Positions 13,228 through 27,502 of a stretch of DNA of 64,000 nt are shown one piece after another. Position 1 is the stretch's first letter. Every line of letters starts with the position of its first letter. Position numbers and translations under genes: made by a program. Under the pieces are notes generated by a model. The model was not told the origin of the DNA. It saw only the letters and a list, made by a program, of their open reading frames with translations, and did no database searches. This stretch comes from Ascidiella aspersa (lineage: Eukaryota): the NCBI GenBank assembly GCA_963924565.1, contig OZ004610.1, forward strand, positions 9,114,001 to 9,178,000, given 5' to 3'.

Positions 13228-16191
13228 CACAACCCTTTTATATGCAAACCGAATATTTGAAAATCTCGCCCTAATGCACGTTAGTGACGACAATGACTTC
13301 GAATGGCATCAATTCTACCACCTGGTTTACGTGTTAACATTATTTTGTATTCGTTTTTTAGCGACTGATGATGCCGTGATTGGCGAAATATATTTCTCTT
13401 TTATAAACTAGAACCTATAGTGACTGATTTTGACTGAGACAAGAAAGTCTATACTGTTTTGTTAACCCTTTCATATCTGATAAAATATCAATAAAGCAGG
13501 ACAAATTTTATCATAGATGCAAAATGTCTTGCAATCCCTTTTTAATCCCCTCGTGAGTACGCATTTCAAAAGTTGTAAAGGTCTTCAGTTGATTGACAAC
13601 CCCTTCGTTGTTTTTTTTTGTTTGACAACGCCTTACGCGACCCTAGATTTTAGCTGCTGTAGACCGACGAGCTATTTATCTTGTCATATCCCGGCTGCAT
13701 TTTACAGCAGTTCGTGATGCTGCTGCGGAACCGAGCCAGGAAAAGCTACGTAATAAACTGGCCCCGCGCGCCGTACATGACATCAAAAATTTTCACACCT
13801 AAAAGAACCGTCTTGTTCGTTCGCCAGGTTTATTTTTGTGCTAAGCCACAGCTATCTCACAACGCGTTAGACATATATCATCTCATGCTTTATGGTACCG
13901 AAATCAGAACCACATTTGATTATATTTGGGCCTTCTATATTATATACTTTAATATAAGCGTATACATTTTACAAGTTGTTATAATTAACAGGTCAATTTA
14001 AATTCGCCTATATTTCTGGTTATGTCTAGTTTCAGTACGTGCCGTGAAGACAATGGAATGCACAAGAGTTATCGCTTGTTCTCAAACTTTATAAAAACAA
14101 TGACAGTGGTGTGCTAGCTCGTTTCGTTAGCTTGATGTTTTATTAAATGACTCAAAGTGTATTTTCGTCCTGATAAAACACTCAAGTCACTTCACGAACC
14201 AAGAGTAGTTTAGCCCAGTATTTCCGGGTCCTTTAAATAATCAACTTCCAAATAGAGACATTGTACCGGCCAAAACGCTGGTCTTCGCTGTAAAATTTGT
14301 GAAATCATCGCGCTGTTTTGTATACGTTCAACATGAATTGCATCTTAACCAACCCTGGTTTTTAATTTAGCGAAGCCCGGTTAAAACTGTTACATTCTTT
14401 TGAATAAAAGCGCACTAACAAAATAAAATCAGTGGGTGTAAAACCTTTTCAATTTCGGTTTAAAGGAATTCAACTGTTGATGCGACAAAATGACAGAAAG
14501 CAACTGACTGGAAAAATGCCAGGCTAAATCGGTAGTTGTCAATCAAGACTGGCGCTAATCCCTAAACTCTCACCGTTAGCTTTAAGCGAATCTATGGATC
14601 ATTTGTCCTAAACCAGTCAAGCTTTAATTTTGCCAACCGGGCGCCTGAATTCCACGCCAGTTCCAGCGTAACAATTTGCAGGTAAAAGTTGCGGATTACA
14701 GCTTGCAGTTAATGCTAGGCCAAACACAATACCTACCGGTTATTTGGTTTACGTTAGTCGCGAAATTAGGTGGTTATGGGTTTGTTACATTGAATTATCG
14801 TTTTTTCGCAAATGACTTAGTTCTGTATATTTCGAAATGGTTCTGGGCAGTCAATATTTAATGAATAGAGTATGTTTGTAGCCGTAGAGTTATTATAACA
14901 ATGAGAAAAGTGTATAGTAGTAATTCAACATTTAATTTTCTGAAAGGTGTTTTAGGTGTCCACTATTTTGCATACCCAGGGAAGTCGAAAGCTAGGTAAA
15001 TAAACAAAAATTGCGAAACTTTACTCTGTCCGACAAATTCTCTTCTAAGCCATTTAAGCCAAATTTGTTTTGACAACTTACCCGAAAATCCCCTAAATCC
15101 CGGTTTCCTTTGGTCTTATTGGCGTCGAACCTTATAAGATCGCTCGCCGGCCTCTATTTGAAAGCGTGTCGCAACAGATCTGTTTCTTGTGTAGCGAGTC
15201 GCCGACTGACCCGCGCGACAAGCGTAACGCGACACTCGTAATTCGTTAATGGCGTTTACCTTGTCGAGGCGGGCCCCGGTTGTCTCCGTTATGATGTCTG
15301 TCTACACTTGCTCGGTCAAATCTAGTATCTTAATGTATGTTCTGGCAACACCGCCGCTTCCTGTCGATAATGTTGCTGTCTTGGAAAAGCCAATTTCGCG
15401 TTGATACAGTTTACATTGCTATTTCGCTAAGCCCCTGCTATTCTTCTGCGCTACTTTACACTTGTTATACCTGGTCAGATTTGCTTTAAAAACAGAAGGT
15501 TGAGTTTTCTTAGTTTCGTCGAAGCGAAAAGTACAGCAAAAGGATTGCGAATATGGCCGATTTCGAAACATTATGTTAGCTGGCAATAAAATGTTGATAA
15601 AATTCGATTAAAAATTGGGTTGCGGGTCGACAATCGGTTTTCGTCACCACGACGGTCGGCAACCTTTTTATGCTTTGTAAACCCTGATTGAACTTTTCCT
15701 TGCGGACGAAATGATCAACCTTAACGTTTTTACTTTCATTGCCGGCAATCGACGCCAATGGTTAAACTGTAGACAGTGTGTGTTCAATCGTTGGGTGTGT
15801 GGACTGTATCACACGACAGCAATTTAAATGTCTTCATCACCAATATATATTTGGCAAATGCCGTTATTTTGACCAAAATTATACGACTTCAAACCAAATA
15901 AAATGGCCAAATTATTTTGTTGGCTGTAGTTTTGTTTTTTTGGGTGAAATATTGTTATTGTCAATATTATTTTTTAATTTGGTTTTAATGCCTGGAAATT
16001 TATTCATACAATGTGCTATCACTTAACGGTTCAACGATTGACAGTCCATCAAGTCGTCAGTGAAATATCACACGCCTAACTCGCGTGAAATGCCTCGTGT
16101 CAATATATTTCCGCTCGTAGCTTTCTAGAAACAAATTCATTTCTGGCAAAAAAACAACAACAAATCGCCGGCCAGTAGTTCTGCAAACGTT

Positions 16192-16245
16192 CGCTGCCAA
16201 CGCTGCTAACGCTGCCAACGCTACCAACGCTACCAACGCTGCGAA
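16192..16245 (+). repeat. 9-bp tandem repeat, 6 copies
   Basis: cgctgccaa, cgctgctaa, cgctgccaa, cgctaccaa, cgctaccaa, cgctgcgaa. Confidence 0.88.
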
Positions 16246-17667
16246 CGCCACCGGTGCAATTCTCAGTAACCGCAAAAACGCTCTTATGACGCGGCGCCAG
16301 AGAAAACCGGATGCACCACAATTTACCGGAAGTGACGACCGTATTGTGTCCCTCGCTGCACATGTGACCAAAGCATTGCGCAATGCTACTCACGTGACCG
16401 TCAATCTAATTCATGGTTAATACACGTCTGTATGCACTAATCGGACAGGCTTTATTGGTATTGCCTGGCGTGTTTGTGTTTAGAGGTGTGCTGTAATTTT
16501 ATACTGAAAAGCAGTTTATAGGAAGCAGTTTATTTGAAAGAATTTTGGGTTTTGAAACCGGTAGAATGAAGTTTCAGTACGCGACGCTGAAAATAAGTAA
16601 CTTCAGTAACTATGTATTGTGTTACTTTAAGCCTTTAAGTGAAGGCTTATTTATTTATGAACATCATATGATGCCTAAGAATTGGCGTGGATAAAATCCT
16701 GCGCAGATCAGGCCCAGGCCCGGTGCCATTTGCTTGGTAAATTTAGCTCGCAAACCACTTTTAATGTATTTTTACAAAAGTTTCTCTTTTTTATCGGTTT
16801 TATATTCCATTGCTTGACTTTATTAAAACGTGCAGCTAAAGTCGTTCTTTGTTAGAAAATCTTTGTTTCTTCAATTTTATGCATTGTTAAACTTCTCTGG
16901 AGGCCTAGAATATCAGCGTTGTGACTTTCCTAGCCGCTGACATAAATGCTCGGCGAGATACTGTTTTGTTGCAGTCCACTTAATAATGTTGCAGTCCACT
17001 CGAAATCAAAAAATGGAAAACAAAAAATGAACAATTGGCCGTTAACGCCTAATTTTTAAAAAGATTTACAACAATTAGAATGATCTTCGAACAGAAATTC
17101 AAATTTTCTGCCAACGAAACTATAAAATTTGTATGGCGTTTTTATGGCCCGCTTGCCAAATCGGAAAATAGTGCATATTTGGCTTTTATTGTCAAATACA
17201 TCAAACTCTTCTATCTGTTATTGTTTGTTGATTGATTCCGTCAACTTCTAGTCAGTCTGGTTGGCAATTTCCAGTCGGTATGGAACCTTAAAAAAGCTTT
17301 GAGGTCGAATACCGCAAGGAATTACCTCTAATTCCAGCGAAACGACCAGTTTGCGCGACGCCATAAAAACCCTCATCAGGGAGACCCATTATTTTTTGGG
17401 GTCACTATTGTCGTCAGGCCTTATTGAGGCCAAACAATGCCAGCCAGAAATATTTCAGATTTTAAATTAGATTAGAAATAAAATTAAAGCTTTTAATTTT
17501 ATAAAATTTAATTAGAATTAGAATTACGGAGTTGGCGAAAATTAAAATTGAACCAAAATCCGAACAGGCTTTATTTTCTCATTAGAGTGTATTTGACAAT
17601 GTTTCGTGCTCCAATTTCTTCACTTTGATAGGTGAATAATAATTTAACTGCATGGCTCGAAACTTTT

Positions 17668-17840
17668 CAAAACTGAAAATAAAACCATATCGGACAAGGC
17701 AGCATTTTAGGTAAAATCACAAATAGATTCAAAGTTGACACACAAACATTTCACAATTTAAATTCCGACATGGTTTTATTTTTAGTTTTGGAACAAAGAT
17801 TAGATTCAAAGTTGGCACACAAGCAGTTCACAATTTAAAT
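17668..17840. repeat. Interleaved 27-bp inverted and 40-bp direct repeats
   Basis: 17668-17694 is inverted at 17764-17790 (2 mismatches). 17724-17763 is repeated directly at 17801-17840 (3 mismatches). Confidence 0.8.
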
Positions 17841-20800
17841 AAGAATTAGTACGTATCTTTCTAAGTCACCGAATTAGAATCTGGCCCCGACGGCGCCGGT
17901 ACCGAGACTCGATTTCGATTGCCGAATCGAAGAGCAGCGGCCGCGAAAAAAAGCGCCCGTCAAATTGCGAGCCGAGGGATTTCGCTCCGGTCGGCAATTG
18001 TCGAAAACGTCGTCTGCGCGTCGCCCGCCGTCTGTTATTGTTCGCCTTGTCGGTGATAACCTTTGCCGCGTCTTGACGGCACGCCAGGTTCATTGCGCTG
18101 ATTGTCGCCTGTTCCGCGTGCCATTAAAAGGGATTTTACGATGCAATCGAATGCAGAAAGGGGTTATAGTCGGAAATTCAGCGAGGCGTTAGTACACTGG
18201 TCCGTCCGCATTGACATTAAATAGTAGGTCAGTTATCTTAGACACTGCGGCCTAAACGTTATTAAGATTGGTCGTGTAGCTATTACCCAGTTGCCAAGGG
18301 TTGGAGAAAAGCACTGAAGAGTGATTAAAAACGAGAAGATAGCGCTGTTCATGGTGGTCTTGTAAACTGACCGTATATGACGCCCGCTGAGTAAGTCGTC
18401 TGCATATTTGTTCTAGAGCTTCGTGCCAAACAGTAGTTCATGTTGGCCCATTTTTTTCAGTTAGAAACGGTAAAACGCGTAAACGACGATGTTAATAATA
18501 TGTTTGACCGGTTATGCAGGCAGGTTAGAAAAAGTTTTTTTTTTGCGGCAACAATATTTACAGTTATGGCTCCGGAAGCTGCTCGAAGGGAGAATTGTAC
18601 AAACCGCGCCTCGAACCCAGCACTGTGTAGCAAAATCGCTCGAGGAGAATAGCCAGACCTAATGCTCTTTTCTTGTAAGAAACGAAGGCAAATAGTGTGG
18701 ACGCTCGCACAGGAGGCAACTGTAGCGAGCAAACACGCGGGCCTGATTCCTCGAAGTGTATACGAGCCCGCTACGATATTTTCCGGCACAGAGAGACGTA
18801 ATGTGTACCCACGGATATCCTTACGACCCTCAGTCGCCGTTTGTATGTCACACGTGTTTTTTTGCCTTGAAAATCGCGTTTCGGTTAAACGTGAATCACC
18901 CGTCCGGTCCGAACCCAAATGACGCCCTCCTTCTAAACAGGTCGCTGTTTATCTGTTTTACGTTGTGTTGCCGTTTGTTATCGCTCCCGTTCAGGTTTTT
19001 ATGGGCTTGTTGGCGAAACAGCGTTTGCTGTGTGCTAGTGTAGCCGTGGCTCCCTTCGCAGCTGTGTGCGTTGGGTGGCGTTTGGGAATTTTTCGTCTTT
19101 GTCTTGCGGTCATGGTTGCTATTTAGACACTCTATACGAGTTTACTTTTCTTTAAAGGCTTGCTATTTTCGACGTTCTACGAGTTGACTCTTTAAGCCTA
19201 CTCGAAGCGAAGTGTTTGCCCTTGTTATTGTTGCTATGCACATAAAGTAGAGCACTTCCTTTCTCTTGTTACTGCAGACATGGTTCACTTATGAGTCAAC
19301 GGCGCGTTTTACGCTCGATGCTTTGAAGCGCAAGGGATTTTGCAGTAAAACGCAAAGCAAATATCAAACCCCGTATTGACATGGGTGTTATTGCTTCACA
19401 GATTCGAATTAAGTTTAATTTATAAATTCCAACCTTTTATAGGTTTGGAAAACGTGGTTTAAGCGATTTGAAGAACCTTTATTACCTCCAACAATCCTTT
19501 TGTAAATTTTTTCCCCTGGAGTTTATTGACAGATCTCCACACTCAAAATGTGCTCGGTGCGGTTGGGCCAATGGACTTGTTTGTGGCAGCCGCTGCATCG
19601 TTTTTAATTGCAACCCATCCCAGCTTTAAAATGCGAGCCGTCCGCAATCGAATTTAATTGCAGCACTCTCTTGAAGTGCCTCGTATATCGCGTCACGAGC
19701 CAGTTTTTTTTTGTATGGTCGACTTGTTTTCGTGCTTTTCGCTTTGAACCCACGCAAGAGTTGTGGCGTTTGGCAGGACGACGAAATTTGTTCAAACAAG
19801 TTTCCGTATATAGGGCTTTCCAAGATTGTTTGGTAGTTAAGAGGGTGATTTATTGCTATTAATAACCTCAACTTGTAGAACTTAAATTCATGGTTTAGGC
19901 CTAATCGGGGTAAAGTAGAATCATTTTCTTACCGAAATGAATTGAATATTTTGAGATAACGTCACAAATTTACTTCATAACTGGATGTCTAAAACAACAA
20001 ATCGTGCGAAAGTTACCGTTCGGTGTAGTGCACAAATATGCAACTGAAATCTTAGTTTAAATACATTTAGGGAGATAGGGGAATGGCCCGATGAAAAAGG
20101 ACAATGTATCTGCTAGAATTATTTTGTTTTTATACTTGTTTAGTCATCATTGGTTTTCCTAACAGCTAGACTTGGCCAACTTTGATTAAACATTGTGTTT
20201 AAGCGGAGTATACTATTAATTACCCTTATAACACTGTTGCTAGTAACAACTGGGCCAATTTATTTTAACCTGATCATCTATATTCAATCGATTGTTCCTC
20301 CGGGCCTTCTCGGCGCTTATTCGAGGCCTGGTTACAATACAATTAAAAACAGGGACGCTTGCATATAGAATTCTCTTTGCAGCAACACTGAATTTAGTTT
20401 CACCCGCAGCACGCGAATCTCGAGCTGTCACATTACACAGGCGATAATAAGTTTGCGACCGATCCGTATAGCACGTCCTTATCGAAGTAAGAAACACGCC
20501 AATGACCAACTGTTCGCGCCCGCTGCTTGTCACAGCAGCGCTTCAGTTGACAGATTACGGGCGGCGATCAGATACGTTTGTGCCGCCTATTATTTTATCT
20601 GCGCCAGTCATCGCCCGCCGCCCAGTACACAACTACACATGTTTCGTGCGGCGGAAACGTGTTCCGTTCCGGCCGCGATGTCCTCCTTGTCACCTGGATC
20701 GCGTGACGTCACGTTGCGCTCGCGTCGCTTTTATTGTGTTTGTGACGTCGAAACGAACGCTAATGACTTTGCGTGTTGTTGGCGTGTTCGTAAAAGAGGC

Positions 20801-22706
20801 GAACATAAAACAAGTTGAGCTATACGTTTGCGCTATACAACGCTGATAACTGCCGTAATACAGGGACATATTAGCACCGTCGGCAAACCCCTGTCCGCTT
20901 TTAAAATAAAAATGAATTTGACTTTTCAATTGTAATCGTGCCAGCTTTATCCATCTGGTATTCCAACCCGTGCGATGCAGGGTGTTATTTTGAAACGCGG
21001 CTATTATCATTAAGTCGCCCACCAGAAAATAGTTTCTGACGACTGTTATTATTTATGCCAGATGATTTTGAGCCCGAACAATAAAAAGCTAAAATCATAC
21101 GCGTACCGATCGATTTCCTTTATTTCGCTGTCTATTCCGTCTCTATCGTCGAAACCCCTCCGAAGCAGCCTATCATGCCATTCTCTCCATAGCTAAGGTA
21201 TGCGTTTGATTGGCCTTAATTGCCGGTTCGGTGTATTAGCAATAGGCCGTGGGCTCGGCAGTCAAACGACCAATTGCCATTTTTTCAATGATGCGCCTCG
21301 AGTGCAGAATGATCTCTATCTGAAGAACTGCGCTATTGAATCGCTTGAGATTCCCAGTCTGACCAGCGGCGTTTGGTGAATAGCAGGAAACTGATCGCTC
21401 AGTTTAGCTTCCACATATAGCCCCTGATTGGACGCGTTTCGATTGTTGATTGCGCGGCATTTAACTGTGCCACTGCTGCGCTGAAAACTGTGGGATTCGG
21501 TGCATTTAAATCCGTCGTTTGCAATATGCTATAATCGGTGTGAATGTTTGTCTGGCCGCTATGAATAGAAGAAGCAAAAGGATCAGTGCTTTAGAAGGAA
21601 AATAACTCGGCGTTATGGCGACAGTGTAGTTTATAGGTCGCGTTTATGCCTTAATGTTTCGCTTTGATATATAGTCCTATTTTTTTAAACTGAATACATA
21701 GCGAAATTAGGTAAAAGTTTGGAGTTCAGTCGAAGGCGATAAATTGTAAGGAGTCCCGCTGAGAGGATCAAAACATTTTAAGAGGCAGTTTCAACGCGAG
21801 AATACTGCGAGGGGCGAAAGGCGCCATTCCAATTTACCGGCGAATTAACGTCTTCTGACGAAAACCGTGCCGCAACTTTTTCAGCAATTGGCCGGTTACT
21901 TGAAAAACGCGCCACATTTTAACGCCGTTGTATCAACACGACACTAAAAGTAGGCCGTTGTGACCGCTCAATAGAAAATATAACGCAGCACTTCGGGTTC
22001 GTTGGTTAACGTTTTAGGTATATTTGTCCGTTGTGTGACGTTTTAGGTTTGCGAACTCTGGAGGTGATTCAGCTCTGTCACGATTCTCTATCTTTGCCTT
22101 CCAAAAAAATCACGCGCAAAAACACGCGCGATTTAAGTCGCAATCTGACAGCCAAATAAAATCGTGACGTGTCGGTCGCCTACGTCACCTGATAACTGCA
22201 TACAATAGCGGCCATCAGGGGGAATTCTGACTTTCTTCGCGGAAGTGGCGACTCCTTGATTGCGTCCTTTCGGTCCACTCAGAGGTTGAAAACAGCCGAC
22301 AAAAGTGTCCACTTGTCGATTCGTGTGACCCGCGCGCCGCGAGCCGCCTTTAGTCTTTTTCCTTCATATTTGCCAACAACCAGCAGCGACTTGGTCAAAC
22401 CCCTTGGTCGCGCGTGCGTCGCTCGCTGCACAAAAGGTGTTGCGCGTTTGAGGACGAGAAAAAAGAGGGCGGCATATGCGACGTCATTTCACAAGAACAG
22501 CAGCAGCAGCGGCGGTAGCAGAACAGCAGTAGGGACGCAGGCGCGAACTGTGAAACCCGAGAGGTGCGAGCGAAGTTGAGAGGAAATAGGCTTCGCGGGC
22601 CAGCCGAGCCGAGGCGTCGTTTGCTCGCTGCTGAAAAATCACACTGAACACGCGGCCGACGACGACGGGACCACAATAAATACTGTAGTAGTAGTGGCGG
22701 CCACAC

Positions 22707-22813
22707 GATACCAGATATAACGCAACGCTGCTGTTAGGCTTGTTGGAAGTTCAGGGCTACGAGATACCAGATATAACGCAACGTTGCTGTTGCTGTGCTT
22801 GTTTAAGGTTCAG
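22707..22813 (+). repeat. ~56-bp tandem duplication
   Basis: gataccagatataacgcaacg(c/t)tgctgtt at 22707 and 22763, each followed by gcttgtt...gttcag. Confidence 0.8.
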
Positions 22814-25800
22814 TGTTAAGGAGCGGGTCGGAAGTTTGCAGTTTGTTTCCGTTTAGACGGAGGTTACAGGTTTATGGTCTTGGTTCAACCGAGTTTTTTG
22901 CATTGTATCAACTTTTACCTTCAAAGGGCGTCTTTACTTTCGTAGAAGTTTTGCGTCGACTGTCACGATCACGGCACGATATAACTTGTTCCTTGTTGCA
23001 TAAGTTAATGTACACGTTAGACAGCTTACTTACATTGAGCGAAACTAAAAACTGAAACTAAAATAAAATTTACTCACTGTAATGTCGATTCGTTTTTAGT
23101 CTCGTTCTTGTCATTTGGGGACTTACGATGAAAAGTATTTTTGAATCAAAAGTCATTTGCCTACAGTTTTACATTTAAATAAGAACTTTTATTAACGACC
23201 CCGGCCAGGAAAATAAAACTTTGTTCGTCTATGTAATGCATTTAAAAATAAAAAAAATCTAGGGGAAAGCAAAATATACACTTTATATTTCATGCATAGT
23301 AGATTTTCGGTCAAATGCAGTTAACAGTGAAGTCCTTGTTTGACGTTGAGGTATTTCATGTCAATCAATAGGCAATTAAGCGTGATATTGAGAACCAGGG
23401 TATTACCTATTCTGTTCCCGACGCCAAACGTCGATAGAATGATGGACTTTAATTTACTGGCTTTCATCGATCATCATGTTTCTGCCAATGCGATATCGAC
23501 CAATTCTGTCTGCGCGATGTTCCTTAATCAATGCATATAGACTTCGAGAGACGATCGCCTTAATTTTGGATGAACTCGTGTTTTGCAACAATGACTCAAT
23601 TTTCGGTCAATTTCGTGTACAGATCGGTTATTCGAGAGTAGATTTCGCTGTAATAATGCCAGAGCTGTCAAACACTATGATAAGGACGTTTTGCGTTTAA
23701 ATGCCTCGGCGCAAATATTTGAGGTTATCTTTGATGCAGCCGACCGCAGAAAAAGTACGGTTTAAGATCGCATCAGCGTAACTCGACAGTGCGTCATCGA
23801 AATAGCCTTCGTCGCGTCTCGCCAAAAACGCCCGAAAACGCGGCCAAAGCGGTAATTACTCGGCTTGCAAACCGTGACCTCGGCACAGGTATTATTGCGC
23901 ACACAGCTTAAACTTCTGGCCTTGCCGCAGCAGTAGCTGAAGATACCAGCACCAAAAATCGCTAAACAAACAACTTAGCTTAGCTTAGAGCATGCTGCAA
24001 CACTTGCTATGTTTGTGTTTCACTTTAAAACGACCAGTCGATTCTTTTTACTGCTATTCCCAGTACAGCGAAGATTTATTTTAAACAATTTGTTCTTTGA
24101 ATACGTGTTTGAATATCGTCAGTTTGCTTGTAGGTTAAGTTTTGTAGCAAGTTTGCTTACGCACGTGTTGTCACGTATATGTTCAAGTGTTTTTGGTCGG
24201 TTTATGTTCTATAGACGCGGTTTATTGGTTACACGGTTTATTGGCTGCGCTGTCTAGCCTGGTGGCCTATGCACGGGTTCAGAACGACGCCTATGTAAAT
24301 CCTTCGGAAGGGGTCGGGCGTCGATTTCAATGCGTCTATAGCAGGAAATTTAAATTGCCTAGCGAAAGCTCTGTATAGCAATGCCTAATATATACATTTC
24401 TCTGATCGCTTGCATTCAAAATTGCCATGACGTGTTTGTTGTGGTGCTTTTCCTATTAGCTGCCAGCAGGGCGCGAGATTCGCTATTGAACTAGAACGAC
24501 TTTGGCGAGTATGAAAGTGTATTTTTAAACCTAAGGCTATAAAATGCTTAAACAGCAAATTTACACAATTGGTAATCGGTAATATGGATTATTATCATCT
24601 TAGGTATATTTTTTGTCTGTTGATTAATATGTGTTGCCAGTGGACACCAGCCTCTCAAAGACTTGCAAAACAGGTTTTAACACAATTGGTTGGTGGGTTA
24701 TAGAGTTACGGGCCAGTCGCGTATCGAATTGCGATAATACAAGACAATAACGACCTCGTCGACTGGTAGCTATCTTTTTGTGATCTCTGGACACAATTGC
24801 TAGCCAACCTACGCGAGAAGCTTGATAAGCTATTATTTTGTGAACCAGAAAAAATTCCCCTCCTCCGTGTAATTTGAACTATGTGTGTGTCGACCAAACC
24901 AGGGTACGACAAAAGGCCGCGAGCAGTTGTGGGCAAAATGCTGTAGAAGTGTGGGCGGCTGAATAAAAAACAAATATTTGCTATTGTTAAAATGTTTTAA
25001 CCGCAAAATGTGTGGACACAGCACACCAAACAGACGTGACATTTGTGGTGGAACTGGTTTTGAAATAGTCGCGATATGAATAATGACAGTGTTATGCTCG
25101 CAAGGGGCTATCATTTGCGTAGTCTTATATCCTATAAAGTGCCGTATAGCAGCTTTTCCACGACACTTGATCGCCCACGAAAATGCGGTATTTTGCCTTG
25201 GAACGTTTTCGTATGAAATTGCGCACCAACTGTGGGAAAGCGTCTAACAACAGAGCCAATTCGGGCTTGTAGATAAACAGTTCCTCGCAATCGAAGCGAA
25301 TTACACGACGGCGGTCGCCCAACAACCCAAGTTTTATTGCTCGCTCGCGTAATTGCTCCGAGCGCTGGAAAGCGAAATAATCGAGCTGGTGTGCGACTGT
25401 GTGCGTTTAGAGGTGCTACAACCGCGGGGCCTTCGCGAAAACGAAACCGTTCATTACGGTCGTCATTTTGTTCCATTTTGCCGGGAGGGCTAACTTACGC
25501 TGCTAAACTCCAGCAAACTTACGTAGTCCTTAAAAACTATTTTAGTATCACATTAGTACATCTGCACTAAATGGAAACAGGGAACATTTTGTATGAAGTT
25601 TAGACTTAACAACAGGCTACAAAAATGTAAATAAATGCATGGGTTTAAACTAATATTGACTATTTTTAAATTAGCCAAATATCCATGTAAACGGACCCAG
25701 TAAGGCAATTGGGGTAAAATGCGCCGGCTGGCATCCAGGCGTTAAGGGTCGGTTAAAGTTCGCGTTACCTTGCCCCTTCCTCGCACAGTTGTCGGTTAAG

Positions 25801-27502
25801 TCAATGCTTTGACATCCGTACCCTGAGCGACGAGCGTGTGTTTTCATCGACGGCTGGCAAGTAACGCGGCGTCTGGCGGAATATTTTGCGGTTCAACTGC
25901 TAAAATATTGATGCCGCCGAAGGAAGTGGAGGCCACGCGTGCTAATGTCTCGGAAATCGACCTTAATCTTAAGCTACTTTCGTATGCCAAAGAGCTTCAC
26001 CTTGTAGGCCCGGTTTTCCCGTTGTTGCCAGTGGAGTTGCGCGTTTGCCTTTTAAAATAGGCCGTTTGTAACTGTTGCGGTCGTCATTTATCAATGTAAA
26101 TATGCCGAGAATGCCCCGACTATGTTACGCTTTTTTGCGATGTTATCTTCTGTGCGAACTTCCGAGCAATATTTGACTTTAAAAAGAGGAAGTTTGGCGG
26201 TACACAAAAGTAAATGGTCGTTAGCTGCAAGAGATCTGGGCTCAAAAGTTGAAATTTTAAAGAAGGCAGAAATTAAAAAAAATAAATATAATAATAATAC
26301 TTGACCCACCCAAACCCAAACGCCAACTCGCACCCTACCCCTAAATATTGTTAGCTATATTTTCCCCCGGGCGAAAATGTGGTAGGATTCTAGACCAGCG
26401 CCGAGATCTGTCCTATTGTAATTTGTTTTCCTTGTGCTGTTTTCGCCATAACTGATCGTTTTTGTTTCGTCGTCTTATCGTCCTATTACCTATCTTTGGG
26501 GATCGTAACATATTATTAGGTTCTTAAATATTTTGTGCAATTTCCGTTAAGTTTCGTTTTAGCGAGCACAGTTTCGTCATGGCTTTCCGCCGTGCCACAA
26601 GCACTATTACCCTATTTGGTTTTAGCAGTTTTTTGTAGTGGATTTCAACCCAATCAGCAAACAAGAGTAAATCGGGCAAATGCGTGCTGTGGCGCTGCCG
26701 CAAATGTCCCTCCACATCCTGGTCAGGCATTATGTCGTCACAGCACGGCGTGTCACGTCACAAGCGACACCATCTCGGGCTAAGCACGTTGATTTTTCTC
26801 CGAGAGCGTTCTCATTTGTCTTGTGTTAACCAGTGTGTTGTTTTCCGGTCAGCTTATTGGGCTATTGTTGAAGAGCCGTGCGCCGGTTGCCGCGTAATTT
26901 ATTGTTGTTTGGGGCAGTGTGTTGGCGCAGCTGTGTTTGACGGTAGTTTCGCCGACTTGCGTCAGTAGTTGGAGCCAGAAAGACGATTGATAGCGCTGTT
27001 TAACCGACCAGCAGTGGTCAAAGCAAAGGCGGAACTAGTGTTTTTGTTAGATGGCTAAACCGATTTTACCTCAAGTGTGTTCAACCGCTTATTACAGCAT
27101 AAGTTACCGATAGTGTTATACAACCACGGTTGCCAATTTCGTGCCCATTTATAAAATAGCATATCCATAATAAACCAACAGGACATTGAATTGACAGACA
27201 GTTATTTGCTGTACGCCTTCAGGCACATTTTAAGAAATAAATTTTGTGTATATTTTGCCTGTCAGGAAAGCAGTTTTACCAACATCTGCCAGTCATTGGC
27301 AACAGTATACTGTTAGAAACTTATTTTCTTTAATATAACAAAATGTAACGTCGACTGCTGTGTTTCCTTTTTCGAAGCTGTAAAAAATGTTAACCGAAAA
27401 CTGAAGCGTTGAGTGAGCAAAGAGCAAAAAAATCGGATTATCGCCCAAACTCAGTCTCTCCTGGATCTGGATAAAAGCGACTGAAAATCGACAGAAGAAG
27501 AT

